Source: Victivallales bacterium (GTDB lineage Bacteria > Verrucomicrobiota > Lentisphaeria > Oligosphaerales > Oligosphaeraceae). Taken from it: 51,063 bases of DNA. Numbering within the stretch: the first letter of the stretch is position 1; the number at the start of each line of letters is the position of its first letter. The stretch spans positions 1-51,063 of the forward strand of contig JAFRLI010000271.1 of assembly GCA_017431255.1 (NCBI GenBank). The letters run 5' to 3'. The notes below the pieces were generated by a model that searched no databases, was not told the DNA's origin, and saw nothing but the letters and a program-made list of their open reading frames with translations. Shown piece by piece: positions 1 to 9,350 of this stretch. A program made the position numbers and the translations under genes.

Positions 1-1669
1 CCTTGTCGGGAAGAGCGTCGACCATGTGCAAAGAGCTGATGAGTTGCGGATCCTGGAGGACTTGCGCCTTGAGGAACTCCCCTTTTGCCTGCTCGTTTTG
101 AACCAGGAACTTCGCCTGTGCCTCGGCTTCCCCGAGTAGCTGCGCAGTTTTTGCGAGGACTTCAGACTGCTTCAATTTCCACTGCGCGACCTGGAGTTTC
201 GTGTCATTTTCCAGCACGGCGATTTTCTTGCGGGTATCGGCCTCTGTGAGAGCGACGATTTTCTGGGTTTCCTGACGCACCTCCTGGCGTCGCTGTTCGA
301 TGAGTTCGGTTTCCGTGTTCAGTTCAGCGAGTTTTTTGGCAGTCTCCTGCTCGGCCTGATTGGTGAGGTCCTGCTCACGTGCGAGGCTAACGGACTGGAT
401 GGGGGTCAAGATGTCATTGGGAATGTCCACATTGCGAATAATGGCATTGTGCACGACGATGAGTTTCCCGGCGAGGGTCTTCTCCAATTCATCGCGCAAA
501 TCGTTCTGGAACTTCTCGCGACCATCCCCCATGATGAAGTCCTGCGCCTTGTAACTGGAACCCTTCAAGCGCGAAACAGACAGCACCTGCGGCAGAATGA
601 TTTTCTCCACGACCTGTGGCAAATCCCCGTACAGAAGGTAGATTTTCGAGATATTCTCGGGCAGCAGTTCGAACTCCACCGTCATATCCAGCGAAACCTT
701 GAACCCATCACGGCTCGGGAACTCCACGGCCTTGCTTTCGCCGAAAATCTCCGTCACCGAATCTGGCTTGGACATCGGCATCGGCTCCAGCGCCGCATCA
801 TCCGCTATCATTCGGGAACTTGGTTTCTTTTGCTTGGCGGGCACCATTTTCTTCATGTTCGAACGCGCACCTCTGCTCTGGTCGTTCTGCTGTGGCATGG
901 CATTTTGCGCATAGCGGAGTTCCTGCTGGAAATTCAGCGTGTTTGTGGTCAGTTCCTTCAGGGCGTCCGTCGCATTGTTGAGTTGGCTTCGCAATTGCAC
1001 GACATTTTTCTGCTTGCCATCTGCGGACATCGTCACCTGATTCATCCCGATTTCGATGATGTTCACCTGGTAGGCGTACTTGTTGACGTAGTAGAGGCCA
1101 GGTTGCAGGATGTCCTTCAACACCCCCTTCTCCCCCGGCTTCGCAAACTCCCCTGGTTGCGACGGCTTTCCCGTCTGGCTGGTGACAATCCCCACGTAGC
1201 CGATGGGAATGTTGATGGCGTCCGCCAGTTCAATCGAGTATCCTTCGGGGTTCAAGCGGTACACACCTGGACCGAGCACGTCGCGCCAGATGCCTTGGCT
1301 TTCGTGGTCGGGAGCAATAATCTCTCCCGCCGGCAAGGGACGCCCCACCTTGGAGGTCACGATTCCGATTTTTCCCAGAGGGATGCTCATTGCCGGACAA
1401 ATCTTGACGTCGTAGCGGATGGGATCCAGAAAATGGCGCCCTTCGCCCAGCACCTCGCGCCAGATACCTTGCTCGCCCTTCTCCACCAAAATGGTTCCCG
1501 GCTTGGGCAACTTCCCTGACTTGGCGGTCACGACTGCCATCTCGCCAGGTCTCACATAGAAACGGCAGCAGAACCACTGGTAGCCGCCCCAGACAAACAA
1601 AACCAGCAGCACCAGGGATACCAATCCGGCCACCAGATACGAACGCGTGGATGGATTCGTGTTGCTCAT
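1..1669 (-). CDS. SPFH/band-7 domain membrane protein; the 3' end runs off the left window edge. Paralogue of the gene immediately upstream.
   Basis: Manual reverse translation from ATG at 1669-1667 stays open to position 1. It is not in the ORF track because no stop lies inside the window. It reads MSNTNPSTRSYLVAGLVSLVLLVLFVWGGYQWF (TM helix), then three 'LGxGxxxxNP..Y...IGIVTS'-type repeats, then an SPFH-like core ('FPSRDGFKVSLDMTVEFEL', 'IRNVDIPNDILTPIQ') and a coiled-coil tail. The + strand ORF 449..1519 is its codon-aligned shadow. Its ATG overlaps the upstream gene's TGA (ATGA at 1666-1669). Confidence 0.8.
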   Translation of the reverse strand, partial: MSNTNPSTRSYLVAGLVSLVLLVLFVWGGYQWFCCRFYVRPGEMAVVTAKSGKLPKPGTILVEKGEQGIWREVLGEGRHFLDPIRYDVKICPAMSIPLGKIGIVTSKVGRPLPAGEIIAPDHESQGIWRDVLGPGVYRLNPEGYSIELADAINIPIGYVGIVTSQTGKPSQPGEFAKPGEKGVLKDILQPGLYYVNKYAYQVNIIEIGMNQVTMSADGKQKNVVQLRSQLNNATDALKELTTNTLNFQQELRYAQNAMPQQNDQSRGARSNMKKMVPAKQKKPSSRMIADDAALEPMPMSKPDSVTEIFGESKAVEFPSRDGFKVSLDMTVEFELLPENISKIYLLYGDLPQVVEKIILPQVLSVSRLKGSSYKAQDFIMGDGREKFQNDLRDELEKTLAGKLIVVHNAIIRNVDIPNDILTPIQSVSLAREQDLTNQAEQETAKKLAELNTETELIEQRRQEVRQETQKIVALTEADTRKKIAVLENDTKLQVAQWKLKQSEVLAKTAQLLGEAEAQAKFLVQNEQAKGEFLKAQVLQDPQLISSLHMVDALPDK

Positions 1670-3147
1670 TTTGCACCTCCCTTCTGAATGGACGGCAGAC
1701 CAAACTCGCCATGCTCGTCTCCCTTGTATAAAATCGACTGAATGCCAGGCATCAGTTTCTCCCAGAGTTTGGAGCGGACATAGCCCTCGCCACCTCCAAA
1801 TGCCTCCACCTGCTGCTTGAGGACACTGACCTGCATCTCATTCTGTTTCATGATGATTTTTCGATTGGCCTCGGCCTCGTTCAGCATCGCTTTCGCCTGC
1901 GCTTCCGCTGCCTGCAGCCTCAGTTTCGCCACCTCCAACTCCGTTTCCGCCGCAACCAACGCTTCCGACTGGCGCTGCTTCGCCGCAATCAACGCCGTGA
2001 TTTGCGACGTCTCCGCCGCAACCTTCTTCAGATTCTGCTCCGCCAGCATCTTCTGCCGCGCCAGTTCTGCCTCGGAACGCGCACGCTGGATTTCCTGCTC
2101 GTACTTCTTCGCCTCCTGCTGCGCCAATTCCCGATTTCGCGTAATGCTCGCCACGGACTGCGGCGCAATGATGTCACGAATCAACACCGAATTGATGACA
2201 ATGCCCCACTTGCGGCAATTTGCCTTCAGGAACTTGTCCAAATCCTCCTGGAACAGGCGTCGGCTCTCGCCCACGATGAACTCCGTCGATTGCTTCTTGC
2301 TCCCTTCAATCCGCGCAAAACCGTGCACGGACGGCAGGATGATTTTGCTCAAGATGTCTTCCATGTCGCCCACCACCTGCACCAGGCGCGGTGCCAATTC
2401 GACATCGATGTTGAACTCGACGGTGCCTTGCAGAGAGACGGGGAACCCGTCCATGGTGAGGAAGGTTATGGCGTCATCGCCGCTGAACTCGTGTCTCTGC
2501 CGCTGCGTATTGAGGATGGTCACACTGTACAGGAATGGATTGATTCGGTGCGTTCCTTCGCGAAGGACGCGCTTGACAACGCCCTTTCGGTTTTCCGAGA
2601 CGAGGAAACCGTTTTCATCCGAATAGTCGTTGGCAGTACCGGAGAAGACGTCTTCGCCGGCGAGGCTGGTGACGATGCCGATGTTGCCAGGCATGATTTT
2701 GACATCGTCGAATAGCTTCACGTCGTAAGCATAGGGATTGATTCGATGTCGTCCTGTTCCGAGGACGTCACGGCAGACGCCGCGGCAATTTTCATCTGCC
2801 GCGATAATGCTTCCGTGTTCCTGTTCCTTCCCGTAACGGCGCACGAGCACCGCAAACTTGCCGGCAGGGACATCCGTGATGGGGAAGAACTTCCATCCCC
2901 ATGTGTACGGATTCCGAAAATACCGTCCTTCGCCCAGCACATCCAGTTGAATCCCCTTCTGCCCTTTCTCCAACGCCAGAATCTCCGACGAAGGCAACGG
3001 CTTCCCCGTCTTTCGAATCAACACCGCAATCTGACCATTCCTCGGCTCGATTCGACAAAAACACCACACGAACATCCCTGCAAACAAGAGCAGGATAACA
3101 ACTGCCAACGGTAACGCTTTTCGCATAAGACTCCTCCAGAATTGCAT
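1666..3147 (-). CDS. SPFH/band-7 (HflK/C-, prohibitin-like) membrane protein with a long coiled-coil C-terminus
   Basis: 493-aa ORF with an N-terminal TM helix (ALPLAVVILLLFAGMFVWCF). Three tandem repeats: 'LGEGRYFRNPYTW', 'LGTGRHRINPYAY', 'LREGTHRINPFLY'. SPFH core 'FLTMDGFPVSLQGTVEFNI...IRDIIAPQSV', followed by an Ala/Glu/Gln-rich coiled coil. Confidence 0.85.
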   Translation of the reverse strand: MQFWRSLMRKALPLAVVILLLFAGMFVWCFCRIEPRNGQIAVLIRKTGKPLPSSEILALEKGQKGIQLDVLGEGRYFRNPYTWGWKFFPITDVPAGKFAVLVRRYGKEQEHGSIIAADENCRGVCRDVLGTGRHRINPYAYDVKLFDDVKIMPGNIGIVTSLAGEDVFSGTANDYSDENGFLVSENRKGVVKRVLREGTHRINPFLYSVTILNTQRQRHEFSGDDAITFLTMDGFPVSLQGTVEFNIDVELAPRLVQVVGDMEDILSKIILPSVHGFARIEGSKKQSTEFIVGESRRLFQEDLDKFLKANCRKWGIVINSVLIRDIIAPQSVASITRNRELAQQEAKKYEQEIQRARSEAELARQKMLAEQNLKKVAAETSQITALIAAKQRQSEALVAAETELEVAKLRLQAAEAQAKAMLNEAEANRKIIMKQNEMQVSVLKQQVEAFGGGEGYVRSKLWEKLMPGIQSILYKGDEHGEFGLPSIQKGGAK

Positions 3148-3328
3148 GAGAAGAGACGACAGACGGCCAAAACCCTGACTTTTTTGATTAATATAGACCT
3201 TTTTTGCAAAAACTCAAGAAGGACAACAACAGATGGACTGTCTCGTTTGAAAAGCGTTGTGCAGGAAATATAGTAATGCTTGACAGGGGGAATGGATTGA
3301 AACCGAAACCCAATTCAGGAGCAAAAAC

Positions 3329-4672
3329 ATGATTCGATTTCCAAAAGACTTTTTGTGGGGTGCGGCAACGGCGAGTTTTCAGGTGGAAGGCTATGTGACG
3401 GCAGATGGTGCTGGAGATACCAACTGGCTGACCTACTGCCGGGAACCAGGACGCGTGGTGAATGATGATATCCCGCTGGTCGGTGCCTCGCAGTACACGA
3501 AATATGCAGAAGATGTGCAATTGATGAAATCGCTGGGAATCCAGGCATATCGTTTTTCCACGGCATGGTCGCGCATTCAGCCAACTGGTCGCGGGACGGT
3601 GAACGCCAAGGGGCTGGACTACTACGACCGCCTCGTGGATGAATTGCTAGCCAACGGCATCGAGCCTTGGATGACGTTGTTCCACTGGGATTTGCCACAG
3701 GCTCTGGAGGATATTGGCGGCTGGCGAAACAAGGAAACTCCCAAGGCTTTCGGAGAGTTTGCCAAAATCATCGCCGAGCATTTTTCCGACCGTGTGAAAC
3801 ATTTCTTCACGGTCAATGAAATCAGTTGCTTTACGAGAATCGCCTACGGCGGCCTCAGCAAGGCACCTGGTCTGCTTCTGCCTCGCAAGGAAGTCAACCA
3901 GGCTGTCCACAATGGTTGCCTGGCGCACGGCTATGCAGCGCAGGCACTGCGTGCCTACTGCAAGAGTCCCGTCAAAATCGGTTTAGCGGACAATTCCGCC
4001 GCATTCGTGCCTGCGCTGGAAACTCCCGAGCATATCGCAGCCACAAAACGTGCATTCCGCATTGAAAATGCCGACATTACGACCCTCATCCGCGAAGGAA
4101 ACTATCTCCCCGAATATCTGGAAGCCGAAGGAGAAAATCGCCCCAACTATGATGACGCCGAACTCGCTGCCATTGCGACTCCCATCGACTTCCACGGGCT
4201 CAACTGCTACTCAGCCAGCGAGGTTCTTGCCGATGATTCCTCCCCGCGAGGCTACCGCATCCTTCCCAAACCGGCCTCTGCCCCGCGCCTGGTGGCGAAC
4301 TGGCTCTACCTGGAGCCGCGTGTTCTCTACTGGGCCCCGCGTCTGGTATCCGAACTCTGGCCCGTCCCGGAAATCTACATCACCGAAAACGGCTGCGCCT
4401 GCAAGGACCACCTCGAGCGAGACGGACACGTCTACGACACCGACCGCATTGAGTTCCTCCGTGCCTATCTGGCGCAGGCGGCGCGCGCTGTCGAGGACGG
4501 CGTTCCGCTCAAGGGTTATTTCCTGTGGAGCCTGCTGGACAACTTCGAGTGGGCTCAGGGATTCTCCCAACGTTTCGGCATGGTCTACGTCAACTACCAG
4601 ACACTGGAACGCATCCCCAAACTCAGTGCACACTTCTACCACCAACTGAACTCCACGGGTGTGCTGCCATAA
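3329..4672 (+). CDS. Glycoside hydrolase family 1 beta-glucosidase
   Basis: 447 aa. N-terminus 'FPKDFLWGAATASFQVEG', acid/base region 'FFTVNEI', nucleophile motif 'YITENGCA' and C-terminal 'FLWSLLDNFEWAQGF'. These are the classical GH1 signatures. Confidence 0.93.
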   Translation: MIRFPKDFLWGAATASFQVEGYVTADGAGDTNWLTYCREPGRVVNDDIPLVGASQYTKYAEDVQLMKSLGIQAYRFSTAWSRIQPTGRGTVNAKGLDYYDRLVDELLANGIEPWMTLFHWDLPQALEDIGGWRNKETPKAFGEFAKIIAEHFSDRVKHFFTVNEISCFTRIAYGGLSKAPGLLLPRKEVNQAVHNGCLAHGYAAQALRAYCKSPVKIGLADNSAAFVPALETPEHIAATKRAFRIENADITTLIREGNYLPEYLEAEGENRPNYDDAELAAIATPIDFHGLNCYSASEVLADDSSPRGYRILPKPASAPRLVANWLYLEPRVLYWAPRLVSELWPVPEIYITENGCACKDHLERDGHVYDTDRIEFLRAYLAQAARAVEDGVPLKGYFLWSLLDNFEWAQGFSQRFGMVYVNYQTLERIPKLSAHFYHQLNSTGVLP

Positions 4673-4712
4673 AGGGCACACGGGGGACAGGGGGAGTTTC
4701 CCCTGGATCCCC

Positions 4713-6707
4713 CTAGGAGAGATGGGGGATCGCGTTGGTGATGGAGGTGAGTCCCTTGCGGAAATCATCCCAGTTGTCGTGCCAGCGTAGGACTTCGAGG
4801 CGGAAAGCGGTTGGCCAGGCGGGACACCATTGTGTGGGGAAGAAACCCGGAACGGAATAGCGTCCCCAGCGCGTGTGGAAGATGGCCTCGTCCTGCGAGC
4901 CGATAGGTCGGAGGCGGTGATTCACGACGAGAGAGCCGTCGGAGATGCCTTGCGAGGAGGAGGCGAAGAAGGCGAGTGCCTTTTCGTGCCACTGCGGGTT
5001 GTGGGTGAGTTCCGCGAGTTTCATAAAGGAGAGGACATCGCGGAGCGCGTAGTGGTCGAGGGCATTGTGTGGAGTAGAGACGGCAGTGAGTCCGAAGGTG
5101 TCATATCCCATCTGGGTAATGGGGTTGTCCTGGGGATAATGGATGGTATAGTGCATGAGCCAGGTAGAGATGTACCAGGCGAGGTGTTCGGCAGCTGCGA
5201 CGTACTTGGAATCGCCGACAAGTTCATGGAGTTCGAGCGCGTCACGCAGGAGCGGGCTGGCGGACTCCTTGTCGATGCTGTAACTGTCCAAGGCGCCGGC
5301 CGTGGTGAATCCATCCTTTTCGAACTCTGAGTAGTAGAAGTCGAAAGCGCGTTTTGCAGCATTGAGGTACTTGGGTTCGCGGGAGCGTCGATAGGCTTCG
5401 AGACAGGGGAGGATTAGGAAGCAGCCGACAGTGCCGTCGCGCAGTCCCGGATTACCTTCATAGTCCCAGAACTTGGAGAATTGTCCATTCTCAGCCTGGG
5501 TACGGATGGGATGTTCGAGGATGCTATAGGCGGTTTCGAGGTATTCCGGTTTGTCGACACCGCATTTTTTCGCAAGGTCGTATGCTTCGAAGAGGGCATA
5601 GGAGGCACCGCCGAGGTTGCATGCGTCAAGGCGTGGTTGGGAAAAACTCGCGGGGACGCCACCCTCGGGATGTGCTTTCATAAATCCCTTGACGGATTCG
5701 AACTCGGTCTCGCCGAAGTCCCACATGTCTGGTTCGAAGCCAGCGGGGAAGTTTTGCTTCCGCCAGGGGCGATAGTCGATTTTGACTTTGATGAGGCCGC
5801 TGGGGAGTTTTCCGAACTTGAGCCAACTGTCGAGAACGGCGAAGGCCATGTCTCGCAGTTCGGGGTCATCGTTTCGAAGATGGTAGAAGAGGAGTGCGTC
5901 GGCGAGGGAAGCGATTTGTCCGACCCAGGAGATTTCGTGGTTGCCGAGTGCTTTCTGGTAGGAAGTGAGTGCTTTCTGCCACTGGGCGCCGTGGCAGAAG
6001 GCCTTGAGGCCATCGCGATGTTCCTGATAGAGATATCGTGCGAAGAAGGTTCCGAGGCGGTAGAGTTCTTCGGGTTGCCGCGGTTGCTTGATGGGGTGTC
6101 CGTAGTATCGCCAAGCGAAGTCAAGCAGACCTTCGTAGGGGGTGCAGGTCTGGGCTGCGGGATAGACGAGCAGGATGGCCGTGAACTCGGTGCGCGGGAG
6201 TCCTTCCCCCTGATAGGCAGGTCCCCAGAAGTGCCGCATGAGCGTGCGCGGCTTTTCCTCTTCGGGATAGATGACGACGTGACGTTCGTGGTCACCATCG
6301 CGGTAGAGGGAGCACGCCGTGTCGTCCCCGACCTCCGTCATAAGCGCGATACACGCGGACGGAGTTGCCGAAAAGGTGCAGCCAGGGATGGTGGGACGAT
6401 GCCATGCGAACGTCCACGGCGTTCCGTCCTCATCGCGGTCCCCGACATATTCCGCGAAATTCCCCCAGCCATTCCCATTGTAACTCACGGATGGCACCAT
6501 CGTGAAGGTCGGAACCTCTTCCGTCAATACCTCCATCCGCATATTGACGCGCGGCTGCGCTGTCGTGCGCCGCCACAGCAACGCACCGTCCGAAATGGCT
6601 TGAAAACTGTCCTGCGCACCCTCGCACGGAACAATCCGCGCAACGGTCTTACCGGACAATTCGACGGCGTACCCGCCATCACGAAAAACCATCTGTACTT
6701 CAGGCAT
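4713..6707 (-). CDS. Uncharacterised 664-aa protein; possibly an alpha/alpha-toroid glycan-active enzyme (function not established)
   Basis: Long ORF with codon usage like its neighbours. The preferred start is ATG at 6707 (MPEVQMVF...), with GAGGTG 6 nt upstream; the track's start at 6719 is a TTG. I recognise no family signature. It is Trp/Tyr-rich and looks helical. It is convergent with the GH1 gene. Confidence 0.7.
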   Translation of the reverse strand: MPEVQMVFRDGGYAVELSGKTVARIVPCEGAQDSFQAISDGALLWRRTTAQPRVNMRMEVLTEEVPTFTMVPSVSYNGNGWGNFAEYVGDRDEDGTPWTFAWHRPTIPGCTFSATPSACIALMTEVGDDTACSLYRDGDHERHVVIYPEEEKPRTLMRHFWGPAYQGEGLPRTEFTAILLVYPAAQTCTPYEGLLDFAWRYYGHPIKQPRQPEELYRLGTFFARYLYQEHRDGLKAFCHGAQWQKALTSYQKALGNHEISWVGQIASLADALLFYHLRNDDPELRDMAFAVLDSWLKFGKLPSGLIKVKIDYRPWRKQNFPAGFEPDMWDFGETEFESVKGFMKAHPEGGVPASFSQPRLDACNLGGASYALFEAYDLAKKCGVDKPEYLETAYSILEHPIRTQAENGQFSKFWDYEGNPGLRDGTVGCFLILPCLEAYRRSREPKYLNAAKRAFDFYYSEFEKDGFTTAGALDSYSIDKESASPLLRDALELHELVGDSKYVAAAEHLAWYISTWLMHYTIHYPQDNPITQMGYDTFGLTAVSTPHNALDHYALRDVLSFMKLAELTHNPQWHEKALAFFASSSQGISDGSLVVNHRLRPIGSQDEAIFHTRWGRYSVPGFFPTQWCPAWPTAFRLEVLRWHDNWDDFRKGLTSITNAIPHLS

Positions 6708-6719
6708 GAAACACCTCAA

Positions 6720-7337
6720 CTATTTCAAATTGCCAAAATGTATTTCTGCAAACTTCGCCAGCAACGGAACGAGAGACAACACGGGGACTCCCGTGGTGTT
6801 GACGCAAAGATGGTAGCTCTCGCGTTCCCCCCATTTCGTGTCGGAAATCATGTCGTGGTAGGTGGCGCGTGCCTTGTCGATCTTGCGGATGTGTGCCAGA
6901 AGTTCCTTGTCGGACATGGTTTCGCCTGGTTGCATACGTTCGCGGCAGCGTTGGAGTTTGCTATCCATATCCGCATAGATGAAGAAGTTGCAGGGATGAT
7001 ATTCGGAGAGAAGGGTGTCAGCACTTCGTCCCACAATGACGCAGTCGCCCCTGGAGCCGAGTTCGTGAACGACGCGGTGCTGCTCCGTCAGGAACTCGGC
7101 GGCAGGACTGGGTTGCATGGGGAAAAACGAGAAGGTGTGATGGAGGCCCGTGGAATAATTCACCAGTTCGCCGCGTTGCAGCGCATGTTCGACATAGTCG
7201 GGATGCACGGAACTGCGGCGAGCCACTTCCTCGATGATTTCACGGTCGTAGTACGCCACGCCCAGCGTCTCCGCTAGGGCCTTTCCAATTTCGCGTCCAC
7301 CGCTTCCAAACTCACGGCTGATGGTGATAATTTTCAT
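6720..7337 (-). CDS. Cytidylate kinase-like family (P-loop/AAA-like) protein
   Basis: 205 aa. The N-terminus 'MKIITISREFGSGGREIGKALAETLGVAYYDREII' is typical of the Cytidylate_kin2-type family. Confidence 0.75.
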   Translation of the reverse strand: MKIITISREFGSGGREIGKALAETLGVAYYDREIIEEVARRSSVHPDYVEHALQRGELVNYSTGLHHTFSFFPMQPSPAAEFLTEQHRVVHELGSRGDCVIVGRSADTLLSEYHPCNFFIYADMDSKLQRCRERMQPGETMSDKELLAHIRKIDKARATYHDMISDTKWGERESYHLCVNTTGVPVLSLVPLLAKFAEIHFGNLK

Positions 7338-7367
7338 CGTGCCTCCTTTCGCGCGTTCTCGTGCACG

Positions 7368-9308
7368 TTATTGGATGCTGTTTTCGCCGTCGGCAACCAA
7401 CAGATTGCTGACGATTTTGGAGAACTCCAGCGGGTCGTCCAGCGGAATCTGCGCCATTAGTTGCGCCTGGCCGTAGAGCATTTTCACGAACTGTTCCAAC
7501 TTGGGGCTCTTGGCGTCCTGAGCGCGGAGTTTCCGCATGACGGCGACGAGCGGATGGTCGGGATTCACCTCGAGAATCTTCTTGGCGTCGGGCACTTCCT
7601 GCCCCATGGCCTTCATGATTTTCGCCATCTGGTCTCCCATGCTGTACTCGCCGCCGACCAGGCAGCAGGCACTTTCCGTCAGACGATGCGAAAGCTTGAC
7701 ATCGGCGACTTTGTCCTTGAGAAGTTCCTTGATGGTTTCGAGAAGGTCTTTATTGTCGGCCTCGGCTTGCTTGCGGCTCTCTTCCTTTGCTTTCTTTTCA
7801 TCCTCGGAATCGAGGTCGACATCGCCCTTGGAGATGCAGCGGAACGACTTTCCTTTGTATTCCGGAACATCGTTCATCACCCAGTCGTCGATGGCGTCAA
7901 CACTGAAGAGGACCTCGTATCCTTTGGCCTTGAAGGCTTCGAGGACGGGAGACTTTTCGGCCGCCGCGCGGTCTTCGGCGTTGAGGTAGTATATTTCCTT
8001 CTGCGCTTCAGGCATGCGGGAAACGTACTCTTCGAGGGAGGTCTTGCGGCTGTCTGCGGTCGCCGTACTGTCAAACATCAGCAATTCGACCAGACGGTCC
8101 TTGTTCTCGAAGTCCATGTGGAGGCCTTCCTTGAGGGTGGGGCCAAACGCGTCCCAGAACTTCAAGTATTTGTCCACGTCCTTGCTCTTCATCTCCGCCA
8201 ACGTGTCCAGCACCTTCTTGACGAGGTTTTTCTGGATGATGCGGATAGTGCGGTTTTGCTGAAGGATTTCACGCGAGACGTTCAACGGCAAATCCGAGGA
8301 ATCGACGACGCCGCGCAAGAACCGCAGGTAGGACGGCACAAGTTCGTCGCATTTGTCGGTGATGAAAACGCGCCGCACGTAGAGTTGGACGCCCTTGTCC
8401 TTCATCTCGGGCACAAACATGTCGAAAATCGGTTTTGCCGGGATGAAAATGAGTGCGCGGAACTCGGTCTGTCCTTCGACGTTCCAGTGGATGGTCTCCA
8501 ACGGTTCCACGAAGTCATGGCTGATGTGGCGGTAGAACTCGTTGTACTCGTCCTGGGTGACCTCGGACTTGCTCTTCTGCCAGATGGCCTTCTGCGAGTT
8601 CAAGGTCTCCTCCGTAATGGTCACCTTGGGTTCCGCGCCTTCGACGCGCTTACCGTCCTTGTCCAGCACGGGTTCTTCGCGACGAATGTCCATAGTAATC
8701 GGGAACTCGACGTAGTTCGAGAAGCGCTCGACCGTCTTGCGGATTTTCCATTCGTTCAGGAACTCTTCGTTATCCTCGGTGAGTTTGACGATGACATCCG
8801 TTCCACGCTTTTCCCGCGTGGCCGGTTCGATGGTGTAGAAACCGTCGCCTTTCGAGGTCCATTTGAACGCCTGGCCACCTGCCTGACGCGTGATGACCGT
8901 CACCTCGCTGCCTACCATGAACGCAGAGTAGAACCCCACGCCAAACTGACCGATGAGTTCGGGTGGCATGTTTTCCTTGTTCTTCGCAAGTTCCTCCAGA
9001 AACTTCTTGGTGCCAGAAGACGCGATGGTACCGAGGTTGTTTTCGAGTTCGGCCTCGCTCATGCCGATACCGTTGTCGGAAACTGTAAGGGTTTTCGCGT
9101 CCTTGTCGGCGGTCAGTTTGATTTTCCAGTCGGAATCTCCTTCGAGGAGGTCTGCGTTGGTGAGGGACTGGAAGCGGATGCGGTCAATCGCGTCGGAGGC
9201 ATTGGAGATGAGTTCCCGCAGGAAAATCTCCTTGTTGGAGTAGAGGGAATGGATGACCAGGTCCAGAAGTTTCTGTACCTCGGTTTTGAATGCACGTTGT
9301 TCGGACAT
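7368..9308 (-). CDS. htpG: Molecular chaperone HtpG (Hsp90)
   Basis: 646 aa. Contains 'LRELISNASDAIDRIRF', 'DNGIGM' and 'GQFGVGFYSAF'. AAGGAG lies 8 nt upstream of the ATG. Confidence 0.95.
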   Translation of the reverse strand: MSEQRAFKTEVQKLLDLVIHSLYSNKEIFLRELISNASDAIDRIRFQSLTNADLLEGDSDWKIKLTADKDAKTLTVSDNGIGMSEAELENNLGTIASSGTKKFLEELAKNKENMPPELIGQFGVGFYSAFMVGSEVTVITRQAGGQAFKWTSKGDGFYTIEPATREKRGTDVIVKLTEDNEEFLNEWKIRKTVERFSNYVEFPITMDIRREEPVLDKDGKRVEGAEPKVTITEETLNSQKAIWQKSKSEVTQDEYNEFYRHISHDFVEPLETIHWNVEGQTEFRALIFIPAKPIFDMFVPEMKDKGVQLYVRRVFITDKCDELVPSYLRFLRGVVDSSDLPLNVSREILQQNRTIRIIQKNLVKKVLDTLAEMKSKDVDKYLKFWDAFGPTLKEGLHMDFENKDRLVELLMFDSTATADSRKTSLEEYVSRMPEAQKEIYYLNAEDRAAAEKSPVLEAFKAKGYEVLFSVDAIDDWVMNDVPEYKGKSFRCISKGDVDLDSEDEKKAKEESRKQAEADNKDLLETIKELLKDKVADVKLSHRLTESACCLVGGEYSMGDQMAKIMKAMGQEVPDAKKILEVNPDHPLVAVMRKLRAQDAKSPKLEQFVKMLYGQAQLMAQIPLDDPLEFSKIVSNLLVADGENSIQ

Positions 9309-9350
9309 TTTGATTTCTCCTTAGGTTATGCGCAGGAGGGACCCGCGCCG

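Noticed and set aside
4688-4705. A short hairpin, CAGGGG-gagttt-CCCCTG, between the convergent GH1 gene and the 664-aa gene, considered as a bidirectional terminator.
   Set aside because: It has only a 6-bp stem and no U-tract on either strand, which is too weak to annotate.
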